Below, piece after piece: positions 37,915-47,584 of a DNA stretch of 64,000 nucleotides. Position 1 is the stretch's first letter. Every line of letters starts with the position of its first letter. The stretch comes from a virus. The position numbers were made by a program, and so were the translations under genes. The notes under the pieces were generated by a model. It was not told where the DNA came from. It saw only the letters and a list, made by a program, of their open reading frames with translations, and did no database searches. The stretch spans positions 1-64,000 of IMG/VR virus record IMGVR_UViG_3300013232_000047. One strand, 5' to 3'.

Positions 37915-39245
37915 ACAACAAAGTTAAACGTTTGGTGGAAATGGCGCTCGATCTCGGCGGAGCGCCAGACTGGATTGACCGTGAAAAGAAACGGAAGATT
38001 ACAAGTCACGAGCATCCCTACGCACAGAATCCAGCCTTCCCGCGTGAGCCGGGTCCCGGTTCGTTTCCACAAGGCGAGGGTGAGCCACGTCCCGGTCAGG
38101 TTCGTAGCTACGCGGAGCTAGTTGCCTCAGACGTTTATCCGAAGATTGTGCGGAAGCTTCAGGCATCTCTGGGTGGCCAGATTCCACGTGGTGGCCCGAT
38201 GCAAATTTTGCAGATGCTTCAAGGAGCGCTTCAACGGGCAGTTCAGTTTGAGCAGGGACATGAACGGGAGCTGGAGCAGGCAGCTGTTCGCGTTGTGCTC
38301 GATTTGCCTGAGTTCAAGGATGCCAAGGCGGCGTATGCTGACGGTGACTTAAAGATAGTAGCTCAGCTTCGCCCGCAAATTGATCTTGGCGGCACCAGTG
38401 TCGAACCGGAAGCTCCAGATGAGGAACAAGAGGCGGAGCTTGAGATTGCGCAAATTGCGCAGGAGCTTGACCTTGAAAAAGAGAAGCGCCGAATGGTGAA
38501 CATGATGATTCAAGGCGCGGCAATAAATAAAAACCATGCCTACATGCAGATTGAGCAGGAGCTTCGGCGGATTAATCCACAAATTGTAAACACTTACGCT
38601 TTGTTGATGTCCGGCGGTGAACTTGCCTATTGGGTCCTGCCTGAAGAAATGCAGAAGATGATGTCTGGCGGAGGTGGCGGAGGTGGCGCTGCTGGTGTGG
38701 AAAAATTGAGTTTTGATGAGAATGGCACGCCTGTTATCACCGCACAGGCCGTTGTGTTCCCCGTGCTGATTCAGGAACTGGTCAAAGGGTTGATGGAATT
38801 CTATTCCTACGACGACAACGCGGACCCGAACACGCAGAGGCACGTCCATGGTCAAACAGATACTCTCGGTAATGAGCTTTGGGACATCAAGTTTGGTCCA
38901 GCTGTCTGGCGGCAGATTCTTCGCATGATTGGCGACGACAACCAAGAGTACATGCCTTACATCTATCGGCATTTGCTTGAATTGCCGACGACTGAATTTA
39001 ACACTCGAATGCAGCAGTTTTTGAGAGGCGAGCCTGAAGGTCGTCAGTTCATCGCTGATTTGGTTACACAGATCAAGAAGGAACATGAAGGCGAAGGTCA
39101 GCAACAGCAGCCTGAATTCGGTAGCGAACCTGCACCTGACGAAGGTGGCGAACCCGGCGCTGAGCCGGGGGAAGACGATAGTGCTGATTGGTGGAAGCAG
39201 GAGTCCGGTGCCAAGAAAATTGTCAAAGATTTACTGGGGGAGTAA
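37911..39245 (+). CDS. putative virion (head) protein
   Basis: 444-aa ORF, VKRLVEM at N-term and ESGAKKIVKDLLGE at C-term. Confidence 0.8.
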   Translation: MNNKVKRLVEMALDLGGAPDWIDREKKRKITSHEHPYAQNPAFPREPGPGSFPQGEGEPRPGQVRSYAELVASDVYPKIVRKLQASLGGQIPRGGPMQILQMLQGALQRAVQFEQGHERELEQAAVRVVLDLPEFKDAKAAYADGDLKIVAQLRPQIDLGGTSVEPEAPDEEQEAELEIAQIAQELDLEKEKRRMVNMMIQGAAINKNHAYMQIEQELRRINPQIVNTYALLMSGGELAYWVLPEEMQKMMSGGGGGGGAAGVEKLSFDENGTPVITAQAVVFPVLIQELVKGLMEFYSYDDNADPNTQRHVHGQTDTLGNELWDIKFGPAVWRQILRMIGDDNQEYMPYIYRHLLELPTTEFNTRMQQFLRGEPEGRQFIADLVTQIKKEHEGEGQQQQPEFGSEPAPDEGGEPGAEPGEDDSADWWKQESGAKKIVKDLLGE

Positions 39246-39590
39246 AGTTTCTTTTTTGCACTCCGGGCAGGCATAAACAAGAAAGCTTTTATCATCAAGG
39301 GCGATTCCTCGAATGGGATCGCCTTTAATGCGTACTCCACAGTGCCCACAGCTTCTACCGGGTTTCAAAGCAGCTTCCGCTTTCTTAGCAGATACCAACG
39401 CAGCAGCTCCGCTGATTACAGGCAGCGATTGGGACGGTTTAGGCGTACTCGTTAAGGCACACTGCAGCAGATCCATCAGGGTGCGATTTATCAGGAAGAT
39501 TATCAGAACGGTGCTTGTAAGCGTAATCAGTGCTACAGCTGAACAGGCCAGTAGCAGCCCAATCCAAGTTGTTGTGGTATTCTCAAGCAT
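39231..39590 (-). CDS. membrane-anchored Zn-ribbon protein
   Basis: N-terminal TM helix, CGHC...CPEC. Confidence 0.7.
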   Translation of the reverse strand: MLENTTTTWIGLLLACSAVALITLTSTVLIIFLINRTLMDLLQCALTSTPKPSQSLPVISGAAALVSAKKAEAALKPGRSCGHCGVRIKGDPIRGIALDDKSFLVYACPECKKETLLPQ

Positions 39591-39748
39591 AAATTTTTTA
39601 GTTTACAACGCCTACGGTATGTGTACGCTTCATCTATCGTTACATTTAAGAACTGAATATATGCGAGAAGCACTAAACACCGCTTGGGCTGAAACAGGGG
39701 CAACAGGCTATGTGTTTTGATAATCTCTCCATACAAATTCTACCGTTT

Positions 39749-41743
39749 ATGCTCGAAATAAATACTCGTATAGTGGAACTCCGCAATCTCATTCGCCAGT
39801 ATGACTACTTCTACTACGTGGTGGATGTTCCTAAAGTTGAAGACCATATCTACGATAAGCTCTACAAGGAACTGCAGGATCTGGAGACTAAGTACCCTGA
39901 ATTCTCCGATGTGAATTCACCAACCAAACGCATCGGTGGCATAGGTTCAAGCGGCTTTATTAAAACCAAGCATGATCGGAGAATGCTTTCGCTTCAGAAC
40001 GTCTATAACGCAAAGGAAGTTTTGGACTATTTTGGCCAAGGTGAGGAGGGAGTCTTGGAGCCAAAAATTGATGGCTTATCATTGAAGCTTATCTACAAGG
40101 AAGGAGAGCTGTACAAGGCTGTTACGAGGGGTAACGGTGAATTCGGCGACGATGTTACAGAGAATGCCCGGACTATTGTCAGCATTCCGCTGGTGTTAAC
40201 CAGTCCTACTGATATCGAGGTTACAGGTGAGGTCTACATGACCTATTCCGTGTTCAACAGGCTGAACGAAGAGCTGGAGGCAGAAGCACTGGAACAGTTC
40301 GCTAACGCTCGCAACGCTGCAAGTGGAACACTGAAACTCAAAAGTTCGGCGGAAGTTGCCAAGCGTAATCTGTCCTTTGTTGCGCACGGTAGCGTTACGG
40401 AATTTACGGAAATTGAGACACAGATGGAGCTTATTAGCATGTTGGAAAACTTAGGTTTTCAGACGACGTTCATGCTGCCAGTGCTTTCATCGTGTCCTAC
40501 GGTGACTCGATTACTGACATTCGATAATGCGTACGATATTCAAAAAAGCATAGAGAATGCGGATATAAATCGGAAGTTTCTTAATTTGGCGACGGATGGT
40601 TTGGTATTCAAGCTTAACAACTTGAAAAAACAGCGTGAATTAGGCGAAGGCACAAAATCTCCTCTATGGGCTTGCGCTTACAAGTTTCCGCCAGAGCGAA
40701 AATCTACAACCCTTCTCGACGTTACCCTTCAGGTTGGCAAATCAAGTAAGATTACACCGGTCGCAGAACTGAAACCTGTCCTTTTAAGCGGGACCTTGGT
40801 TAAACGGGCGAGTCTTTGTAATCAGGACGAAATTAATCGTCTTGGTGCTAATATCGGTGATGAGGTCTATGTTGAGAAGTCGGCAGAAATTATTCCCAAG
40901 GTCATGGGGGTCGCGAATAAGGTAACGGGTGGTGTCTATAAAATGCCCGACGTCTGTCCCTGCTGCAGGACCAAGCTGGTGAATCCAAGCGGCAAAGTAG
41001 ACTGGTTCTGCCCTAACCGTGACTGCGATGATCAGGTGTACGCCCGGCTGCGCCACGCAACAGGTAAGGCTGCTCTCGATATGGACGGATTCGGAGCGTC
41101 TATGATCCGTGAACTGATGACGCATGGCGTTCGTAAACTTTCAGACATATTCTTGCTTGATAACCTCACTTTTCTAAAAAATTCGGCTCGTAAAAAGCTT
41201 TTGGAAGGGCGCATTGCAGCAAAGAAACAACCGTTTTGGCGACAGCTGCACGCGTTGGGCATCGAAGGCATTGGCCAGACAACTTGCCAAGAAATTGCTG
41301 CTCAGTGGACTTCCCTTATTTCAGTCTTCGATGAGCTTGACAGGTTCAAAGAATTGTTCGGCGAAGTAGCCTTTAATAGTTTCCTTGAATACTACGCGTG
41401 TGAGGAACAAGAGCTGAATACGCTAGAGGCGTGCGGACTCACGTTTGAGACGGAACGGAACGGTATAGGAAGGCTCGCTGGAAAAGTATTTGCCATCACC
41501 GGAACCTTGATGTCAGGCAGTCGCGATCAAGTGATGCGTCGCATTGAGGCTGCAGGTGGAATGGTGAAAGCCAATGTTAGCGCGAAGTGCCATTATCTGG
41601 TTCTAGGCACAGACGCTGGTGCAATCAAGCCGGGCAAAGCGGAGAAGCTGGGAGTACCTGTCATAACAGAAGAACATCTGTATGAGATGATAGGTGAAGC
41701 GATGCCGGTTGCTCCGGAAGTAGAACCAGAAAGGGAGTATTAA
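39749..41743 (+). CDS. ligA: NAD-dependent DNA ligase
   Basis: EPKIDG, TRGNG..G, RN.ASG, Zn-finger, HhH, BRCT (FAITGTL). Confidence 0.97.
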   Translation: MLEINTRIVELRNLIRQYDYFYYVVDVPKVEDHIYDKLYKELQDLETKYPEFSDVNSPTKRIGGIGSSGFIKTKHDRRMLSLQNVYNAKEVLDYFGQGEEGVLEPKIDGLSLKLIYKEGELYKAVTRGNGEFGDDVTENARTIVSIPLVLTSPTDIEVTGEVYMTYSVFNRLNEELEAEALEQFANARNAASGTLKLKSSAEVAKRNLSFVAHGSVTEFTEIETQMELISMLENLGFQTTFMLPVLSSCPTVTRLLTFDNAYDIQKSIENADINRKFLNLATDGLVFKLNNLKKQRELGEGTKSPLWACAYKFPPERKSTTLLDVTLQVGKSSKITPVAELKPVLLSGTLVKRASLCNQDEINRLGANIGDEVYVEKSAEIIPKVMGVANKVTGGVYKMPDVCPCCRTKLVNPSGKVDWFCPNRDCDDQVYARLRHATGKAALDMDGFGASMIRELMTHGVRKLSDIFLLDNLTFLKNSARKKLLEGRIAAKKQPFWRQLHALGIEGIGQTTCQEIAAQWTSLISVFDELDRFKELFGEVAFNSFLEYYACEEQELNTLEACGLTFETERNGIGRLAGKVFAITGTLMSGSRDQVMRRIEAAGGMVKANVSAKCHYLVLGTDAGAIKPGKAEKLGVPVITEEHLYEMIGEAMPVAPEVEPEREY

Positions 41744-41746
41744 GTC

Positions 41747-42223
41747 ATGCCAACGGTAATATGTTCACATGAAGGCTGCGACGCAGTCTTTACCAAAGAA
41801 ACACAAAACAGTGCGAATCAAGCTCTGAGAATGCATATAGGGCGGACGCACGAAAAACGAATCATTATGTTAAAAAATAATAATATCGAGTATTCTCAAC
41901 GGTGCCTTAGCAACGCGGAAACAGATAAGATCGTCGCGTTCATTAACGAGCGTCGAACAAAGTTTCCAACTAAGCTGGCCTGTTTTCAAGCTGCGTTGGA
42001 GCATATTGGTGCGACTAAACGCATATCCGCTACATCCAGCACAGTTACGCGCTACTTTGATAAGGCTGATAAGCGTAATAGTGCTGATGTGCCTGCCAAA
42101 CGCAAGTACACCCGGCGTCAGATCCAGCCAGAGTCGCGTGAAGTTCGTGTGAACTTTTGTCCGAACTGTGGCTGTAACATTCACGCTGTCGCCACAGGGT
42201 TGGCGATGGATAAAATCGCTTAG
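41747..42223 (+). CDS. Zn-finger protein
   Basis: CSHEGC...H...H and FCPNCG. Confidence 0.7.
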   Translation: MPTVICSHEGCDAVFTKETQNSANQALRMHIGRTHEKRIIMLKNNNIEYSQRCLSNAETDKIVAFINERRTKFPTKLACFQAALEHIGATKRISATSSTVTRYFDKADKRNSADVPAKRKYTRRQIQPESREVRVNFCPNCGCNIHAVATGLAMDKIA

Positions 42224-42225
42224 CC

Positions 42226-42570
42226 ATGAGCACTACTAAAATTGAAAAAGCAGCACGCAAGCTCTGCACGCATACGGTTATCTTCACTGACATCACAGAC
42301 AAGCTGGTGGCTGTTCGGGCGATGCAGGGACGCACTACTGGAGCCATTGCGCACGAGTTCGGCCTCACAAAGTCAGAGGCTCAGTACCGTATAACTAAGG
42401 CGCAGAAAAGCCTGAATACGCGCTTCCGCGCTGACTACCGCAATGGAGAAGGAGAGCTAGCTGCGAAGATGCTTGCAGCGACTACCAACATTGCAAGGCA
42501 GGTCGTGGAAAAACAGATTGCTCCGAAGTTTATTCCTTTCGCTCGTTCAGGGGTGCCACGTACTCCTTGA
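42226..42570 (+). CDS. HTH-like DNA-binding protein
   Basis: GRTTGAIAHEFGLTKSEAQYRI. Confidence 0.65.
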   Translation: MSTTKIEKAARKLCTHTVIFTDITDKLVAVRAMQGRTTGAIAHEFGLTKSEAQYRITKAQKSLNTRFRADYRNGEGELAAKMLAATTNIARQVVEKQIAPKFIPFARSGVPRTP

Positions 42571-42668
42571 AAAAGATTCTTTAAAAAACTTGTAAAAAGT
42601 TCTTGCGCGATAGCGAGTGTATACAGTAACGTGTATCCACGGTCAGGCACTAACGCTCTGACCCAATA

Positions 42669-42803
42669 ATGACGACAATGAATTTAGCAGCGAACATTAA
42701 AGACCGGACAAGTATGAAGGGGTATCCCCTGCATAATTGGCAGGTGTTTGCTCCGTCATCGTTGTGTGTCCGTACGGAGGAACCAGTTGGGGTAGGCGGG
42801 TAG
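42669..42803 (+). CDS. putative attenuator leader peptide (44 aa, all 20 amino acids)
   Basis: MTTMNLAANIKDRTSMKGYPLHNWQVFAPSSLCVRTEEPVGVGG*; last codons complementary to terminator 5' arm. Confidence 0.7.
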   Translation: MTTMNLAANIKDRTSMKGYPLHNWQVFAPSSLCVRTEEPVGVGG

Positions 42804-42823
42804 GACACAGGAAAATACTTTCC

Positions 42824-42862
42824 AAAACCCGCTACCCGAAAGAGTAGCGGGTTTTTTATTTT
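42824..42862 (+). terminator. intrinsic terminator (attenuator)
   Basis: AAAACCCGCTAC-CCGAAAGA-GTAGCGGGTTTT-TTATTTT. Confidence 0.88.
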
Positions 42863-42985
42863 CAGTTTATGCGCCGTAAGGCGACGAGAGCCGGGCCGAT
42901 AATCCGGTAAACAACCACCGTGAAGTAAACCTGTGGATGCTGAAAAGCAAATGGGTGTTTGTTCTTTAGTTAAGTTATACGATCC

Positions 42986-43285
42986 TTGCGCCGCAATCCA
43001 CATACTCTGGTGGACGGCGCAGGGGCCGTATTTACTTTTGTGAAACCAAGTATTGCAGCCGCAGCTATCCGTATAGGCGAACGAATTTTTGCTGGTAAAA
43101 CCCAGTTTGAGGCTGTCGGCAAGCTTGTCAGAACGCCCAATGTCAGTGCCGAGGAGAAAATCGAGATGCTACTAGCGGGCGAAGCCGGGTATGTTACCGA
43201 CGACGGCCAGTTCGTAAACACCGATGATGCTTACGAGATTTCGCGGCAAGCGGGTGTTGTTTCCAATGCGGGTGTAGCTCAATAG
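42986..43285 (+). CDS. hypothetical protein (start unclear; in-frame ATA at 42977 follows TAGTTAAG)
   Basis: protein-like ORF (GYVTDDGQFV..DAYEI); end overlaps tRNA-Gly. Confidence 0.5.
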   Translation: MRRNPHTLVDGAGAVFTFVKPSIAAAAIRIGERIFAGKTQFEAVGKLVRTPNVSAEEKIEMLLAGEAGYVTDDGQFVNTDDAYEISRQAGVVSNAGVAQ

Positions 43286-43341
43286 TAGAGCGCGTGCTTG
43301 CCAAGCACAGGACGACGGTGCGATACCGTTCACTCGCTCCA
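43268..43341 (+). tRNA. tRNA-Gly(GCC)
   Basis: cloverleaf, loop TT-GCC-AA, CCA end. Confidence 0.9.
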
Positions 43342-43460
43342 ATTTTAGATCGTACGTTAAACCGGGAGTACTGCGATTAGCTATCGCAGGGTGGATGCGA
43401 AGGCCACACAGCTCAGGATCGGGGGTTGCAACCTCTGATCACTCTGGCCGGTCACTTTAT

Positions 43461-43536
43461 GGGGATATGGCGCGACAAGTAAGGCAGTTGCTTTGCAAGC
43501 AATTTCATGTGGGGGCGGTACCCACTATCTCCACCA
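43461..43536 (+). tRNA. tRNA-Ala(TGC)
   Basis: GGGGATA/TATCTCC acceptor with G3-U70, loop TT-TGC-AA. Confidence 0.85.
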
Positions 43537-44062
43537 CTGTTTTAGTAAGTGTAAACTTTCCTGTTTTGGTTAAAAAATGAAGTTCTAAATGACAGGTTGG
43601 GCACAGCACCTGTAGGTTTTTGGGTTTGTTATTTTTTCTATTTTTGTCTAGGTGGTGTACTTCTAGCACTTCTAAGTAACGGTTATATCCACATTTAGCA
43701 CATTTTGCACCATGCACGCGCAGTCCCACTTGTCTGTAAGCAGAGGCTCCTCCTTTAAAGTGCCGGAGAAGTTCTGGGTAATTTTCGGTACATTGTGCTT
43801 CGTCTCTGCATTTTCTGGAGCAAAAGTGTAATCCTGATTTGCTTAGACGTAGCCGTTTATTCGTTCGGTTAAAGTGTTTGCCACAAAGGCTGCATTCGAT
43901 TTGAACTTGTTTTTGGCTGTTTATTCCACTGCACTCTCTTGAACAGAATTTTTGAGCTAGAAAATGTTTTGGCACCCAAAAAGGTTTATCACAAATTTTA
44001 CAGCATTTTTGGTGCAGGTTTCTGGCTTTTCCATCGTAATCTTTAGACGTTTTAGCTTGCAT
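43505..44062 (-). CDS. HNH homing endonuclease with Zn-finger repeats
   Basis: C..C...FCSREC repeats; EVHHLDKNRKNNKPKNLQVLCPTCH. Confidence 0.9.
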   Translation of the reverse strand: MQAKTSKDYDGKARNLHQKCCKICDKPFWVPKHFLAQKFCSRECSGINSQKQVQIECSLCGKHFNRTNKRLRLSKSGLHFCSRKCRDEAQCTENYPELLRHFKGGASAYRQVGLRVHGAKCAKCGYNRYLEVLEVHHLDKNRKNNKPKNLQVLCPTCHLELHFLTKTGKFTLTKTVVEIVGTAPT

Positions 44063-44135
44063 CGTGTAGATATAACGTAGCACGCAAAGCCAGTCTTTTC
44101 CACCAATTTATGAGGTGGTAAACGTTAAAATAGTC

Positions 44136-44167
44136 GGTCGCAGGTGGAAATCCTGTTATCTCCACCA
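44136..44167 (+). pseudogene. tRNA 3'-half remnant (Ala-type)
   Basis: T-arm GCAGG-TGGAAAT-CCTGT followed by TATCTCCACCA identical to tRNA-Ala 3' end. Confidence 0.65.
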
Positions 44168-44184
44168 TTTCGTGTAGTTAAGGC

Positions 44185-45252
44185 ATGGCAGCGATTATTC
44201 GATCCTACGGAAGGTCAGGCGTGAATCACATTCGTCCTGCGCCGGGAAGTTACTACCTTCGAGGTCCAGAGATTCGTGAGCCCTACATCCCACCGTATCC
44301 GCCACTTCCTGCACCTGTCGTGCCACCATCTCCGCCTTCAACGTTGCCCGTAGTCATTACAGGTGAAGTACGTTTGGAAGGTATTCCTTATGATTCTGCA
44401 GTGGTTGCCTTCAGTGGTTCCGGATCTGTGGTTACGGATTCTTTTGGAACTTATGTTGGAACGGTGAGCTATGGCTACACAGGCACATCTTCGCTTTCAG
44501 GCTTTGATTTGCCAGTGTATACGGTAACACCTTCTTATCGCAGCTATGCAGGTCTGTCTACGGATGTGGCAGGTCAGGACTTTGACGTTGACATCAACTT
44601 TCTCAATATTTCAGGAACCGTGACGGAGAATGGCACTGGATTTAGTGTTCCGATTACCAACGGTGCCGGGACGTGGGCAACGAGTTCAAATGGATCTTAC
44701 GGATACTACGTGCCGTATGGTTGGAGCGGATCAACTGTTCCTCTTTCTGGTAGCGGAACATTTTCTCCTGATTCGTATGTTTATGGTCCTGTTGGCATTG
44801 ATCATTCCAATCAGAATTTTGCATTCACAGCGTTTGCGCCTGTGCCGCCTACACCTTCTATTGTTGACTGGACATTCTACGGTCCCTACAGCCCGGCACC
44901 TGTGTCTAATGGGGACACCATGAATGAGGCTTTCATGACTGTGAACGCCGGTGCGTCATGGTTAACTGCAGGTCCTACTACCCATTCAGTTAAAAACGTA
45001 GGAGCGTCGCCGCTTACGATTACGGACGTTCAACTTGCGGGCACCGGCTGGACAATGGATCTGTGGGACTATACCAGCATGGTTCCGTTTGTTCCTCCTT
45101 CCGCGTTAAATGACATTCCTGCTGGAGCACCGTTCCTGTTTAATATCGTTTTGACAGCTTCTGGGACGGGCGGTTATTCGTCGGCAGTAGTCACGGTAAC
45201 GCATACAGGTTCTAACTCTCCTTATACTGTAAATCTTGAGCGCACAGCATGA
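44185..45252 (+). CDS. putative virion decoration/tail protein with beta-sandwich repeats
   Basis: Ser/Thr/Gly-rich repeats (G.Y...V..GYSGT..P); paralogous to 55820..56488. Confidence 0.7.
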   Translation: MAAIIRSYGRSGVNHIRPAPGSYYLRGPEIREPYIPPYPPLPAPVVPPSPPSTLPVVITGEVRLEGIPYDSAVVAFSGSGSVVTDSFGTYVGTVSYGYTGTSSLSGFDLPVYTVTPSYRSYAGLSTDVAGQDFDVDINFLNISGTVTENGTGFSVPITNGAGTWATSSNGSYGYYVPYGWSGSTVPLSGSGTFSPDSYVYGPVGIDHSNQNFAFTAFAPVPPTPSIVDWTFYGPYSPAPVSNGDTMNEAFMTVNAGASWLTAGPTTHSVKNVGASPLTITDVQLAGTGWTMDLWDYTSMVPFVPPSALNDIPAGAPFLFNIVLTASGTGGYSSAVVTVTHTGSNSPYTVNLERTA

Positions 45253-45803
45253 GAGCGCTGATAGTCTTAAACATGTGGTCGTTTAAGGAGTTGGACGAAG
45301 TAAAGGCTCATGACGCGATGTTCGGTGATAAGCTTCGTATTGTAACGCCGCTGAACATCGACTTTGGTAACGTATGGCAGGTGCCCGATTCTATGAAGCT
45401 TCGAGTGGAGTGGACCAAGCGTTTTCTGCGTCGGTTTTTGCAGGAGTCGCATGACGTGCTCGTAAAAATTGATCCAGACACCGTTATCAAGAAACTGCCG
45501 GACATGCCTGCCGATTGTGACGTGGCAGGTGATTTCAGAAAGTCATCTGTAGGCTGGGTGTGGCTGGGTGCTTGCCAGTACTATACGCGTTCTGCTGTGG
45601 AAAAGATTTTATCCGATCCGCTTTACATTAACGGTTGTTACTATCAGGACGCAGCGCTGGCTAGCGTTGTATGCAGAACTGGTTTGAGGGCATTCAACAT
45701 GCCAGAGATCGACGGCTGGAGCCAGCCGGGTTCTACATCTGCTGTAACACATCGAGCCAAAAGTTCTATTCCAAAACAACCTGCTGGATTTGTTGAATTT
45801 TGA
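45249..45803 (+). CDS. glycosyltransferase-like protein
   Basis: VKIDPDT DxD motif, GACQ; paralog of 53359..54105. Confidence 0.65.
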   Translation: MRALIVLNMWSFKELDEVKAHDAMFGDKLRIVTPLNIDFGNVWQVPDSMKLRVEWTKRFLRRFLQESHDVLVKIDPDTVIKKLPDMPADCDVAGDFRKSSVGWVWLGACQYYTRSAVEKILSDPLYINGCYYQDAALASVVCRTGLRAFNMPEIDGWSQPGSTSAVTHRAKSSIPKQPAGFVEF

Positions 45804-45948
45804 GTGTCGCACTATACGCCCGGCGGATGGCAGCTCCGGAGTCGCTCTACTAAAAGGGCTGGCGTTAGAACGGATAAGCACGTGGTTATCGCCATGTCAC
45901 CTGTGTTAGGTCAAAGCTAGTCTACGCATCTGCGACACTCAAAACTTT

Positions 45949-46025
45949 AGCCCTGTGGTGGAATTAGTAGACACATCCGACTTTGAATCGGACAATTGCA
46001 GGTGCGAGTCCTGCCGGGGCTGCCA
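45949..46025 (+). tRNA. tRNA-Gln(TTG)
   Basis: cloverleaf, loop CT-TTG-AA. Confidence 0.88.
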
Positions 46026-46091
46026 TTTGCGGTGTTTGGGTGCAACAACCATTTGAGCCGAGCCGCATTAAAAGTTTCGGCGCGATTTCAT

Positions 46092-46164
46092 ACGGAGGGC
46101 ATCAGCTGTGCAGACTGGTCTCCAAAACCGGTCGTGTCGAGAGCGTCACTCGAACTCCGTGCCA
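46092..46164 (+). tRNA. tRNA-Trp(CCA), atypical
   Basis: loop CT-CCA-AA, acceptor ACGGAG/CTCCGT, GCCA end; weak D arm. Confidence 0.7.
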
Positions 46165-46279
46165 TTTTCAGCGGGCCTCTGTGCATTGCAACACGGGGAT
46201 ACAACAGACCTGAGACACGGCAACGAGGATTTGTATACGTCCAAGTTGGCCGCAGGAAGAACCGCTGAACAATTTTGTT

Positions 46280-46370
46280 GGTAGCGTGAGCCGAGCAGCG
46301 ATGGCAACAGACTGTAAATCTGTCACCCTCTGGGAAAACACCACTGGTGCGAGTCCAGTCGCTACCACCA
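46280..46370 (+). tRNA. tRNA-Tyr(GTA)
   Basis: loop CT-GTA-AA, long variable arm. Confidence 0.88.
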
Positions 46371-46373
46371 TTT

Positions 46374-46850
46374 TCAAGCTAACTGCTGCAGATGTTGTTG
46401 ATGATGTTGGTGATGACGGACGTTAAAGATCGAAAAATAACGTTTTAGTAGCGTGACTAGATCCTCTAGCGTAATAGGTTTAACGATCACCGCTAGAGCG
46501 CCATAACTGTCAATTAGCCTGTATACATCATCGTCAGGAAATCCAGTAATGATGAGTACAGGCACGTTGATGTCTAAGCGGCGCATCTCCTTAATGACTT
46601 CAAATCCAGTCATACCTACCATGCGGATATCCAACAGTACACCTGAAAACTGGTCTTCGGCTAGAGCTCTTAGAGCGCTGGCACCGTCGTTGGCTACTCT
46701 TGACGTACAGCCTAGCCGAGCTAATCCAAACGCCAGTACGCTACAAACAGACGCCTCATCGTCTACGATTAGAAAGTGCGAAGGTTTAGCCAGCTTTTCA
46801 GCCAATTTTAAAACTGTCATTGGCTCGTTTAACACAGCATAACTACTCAA
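46374..46850 (-). CDS. stand-alone response regulator receiver protein
   Basis: LIVDDE, LLDIRM..MTG, IITG, KP. Confidence 0.9.
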   Translation of the reverse strand: MSSYAVLNEPMTVLKLAEKLAKPSHFLIVDDEASVCSVLAFGLARLGCTSRVANDGASALRALAEDQFSGVLLDIRMVGMTGFEVIKEMRRLDINVPVLIITGFPDDDVYRLIDSYGALAVIVKPITLEDLVTLLKRYFSIFNVRHHQHHQQHLQQLA

Positions 46851-46861
46851 CTCATTTTAAC

Positions 46862-46939
46862 GGGACGTTAGCTCAGTCCAGTCAGAGCGCTCGCCTGTCT
46901 AGCGAAAGGCCACGGGAGCGAAGCCCGTACGTCCCGCCA
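46862..46939 (+). tRNA. tRNA-Asp(GTC)
   Basis: cloverleaf, loop CT-GTC-TA. Confidence 0.88.
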
Positions 46940-46955
46940 ATTGCGTAGATAGAGC

Positions 46956-47138
46956 ATGGCATTGACTGTACTCAAAGGTAAGAAGTTCAGTGTTTCTGTC
47001 AAATCGAAGGATAAGCGGCCAGATTACGTCAAAGTAGAACTGGTTGCAGGTGACAGAAGCCGAAAAGTATCACATCATCTTACACCGGCAGAGTGTAAGG
47101 TTTTTGCCTTCGCACTGCAGAAAGCCTCTAAAGCATGA
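46956..47138 (+). CDS. hypothetical protein
   Basis: 60-aa ORF with GTAGATAG motif 11 nt upstream. Confidence 0.6.
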   Translation: MALTVLKGKKFSVSVKSKDKRPDYVKVELVAGDRSRKVSHHLTPAECKVFAFALQKASKA

Positions 47139-47584
47139 TGATGAACGCACTTGAATTAGCACAGAAACTTACAGAAGCACGCGAAATTGTAGACGAAGCT
47201 ATCGTAAAAAATTGCCCAGTGCCGGTATTTTATGCCGATAAGGATGGAAAATTGTGCCGGGTTAACAACCTTTTGGGAAAATTACTGGCTGCAGATCCTG
47301 ATGATATTTTGGCTGATCGTTGGTTGAAGTTTGTAAAAGCAGGCAAGAAAGACTGGGAAGCTACCCTAAGAGCTAAACAAGATTCGACCAAAGTCTATTT
47401 GAAGCTTAAAGCAAGTGATGGAAGAGAGTTTGCTGTTTTTGTGAGTTTGATTCGATTAGTGAATGGTGGTTATATCGGATTTGTTTTACCAATTTGCGAG
47501 CATCCTACGGGGTGCCCGATGCATGGTTTCCTGCTTCACAATGTTGAGGATGATGGAACCAATGCAGCCCAAGTGCGTGGCTGA
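47135..47584 (+). CDS. PAS-domain protein
   Basis: PVPVFYADKDGKLCRVN...L....DDI...W..FV...LKASDG. Confidence 0.7.
   Translation: MMMNALELAQKLTEAREIVDEAIVKNCPVPVFYADKDGKLCRVNNLLGKLLAADPDDILADRWLKFVKAGKKDWEATLRAKQDSTKVYLKLKASDGREFAVFVSLIRLVNGGYIGFVLPICEHPTGCPMHGFLLHNVEDDGTNAAQVRG

Noticed and set aside
38349-39104. 251-aa antisense ORF and similar shadow ORFs (12552, 48852, 56547, 62101)
   Set aside because: They lie antisense to or overlap well-supported genes or tRNAs and have no recognisable motifs.
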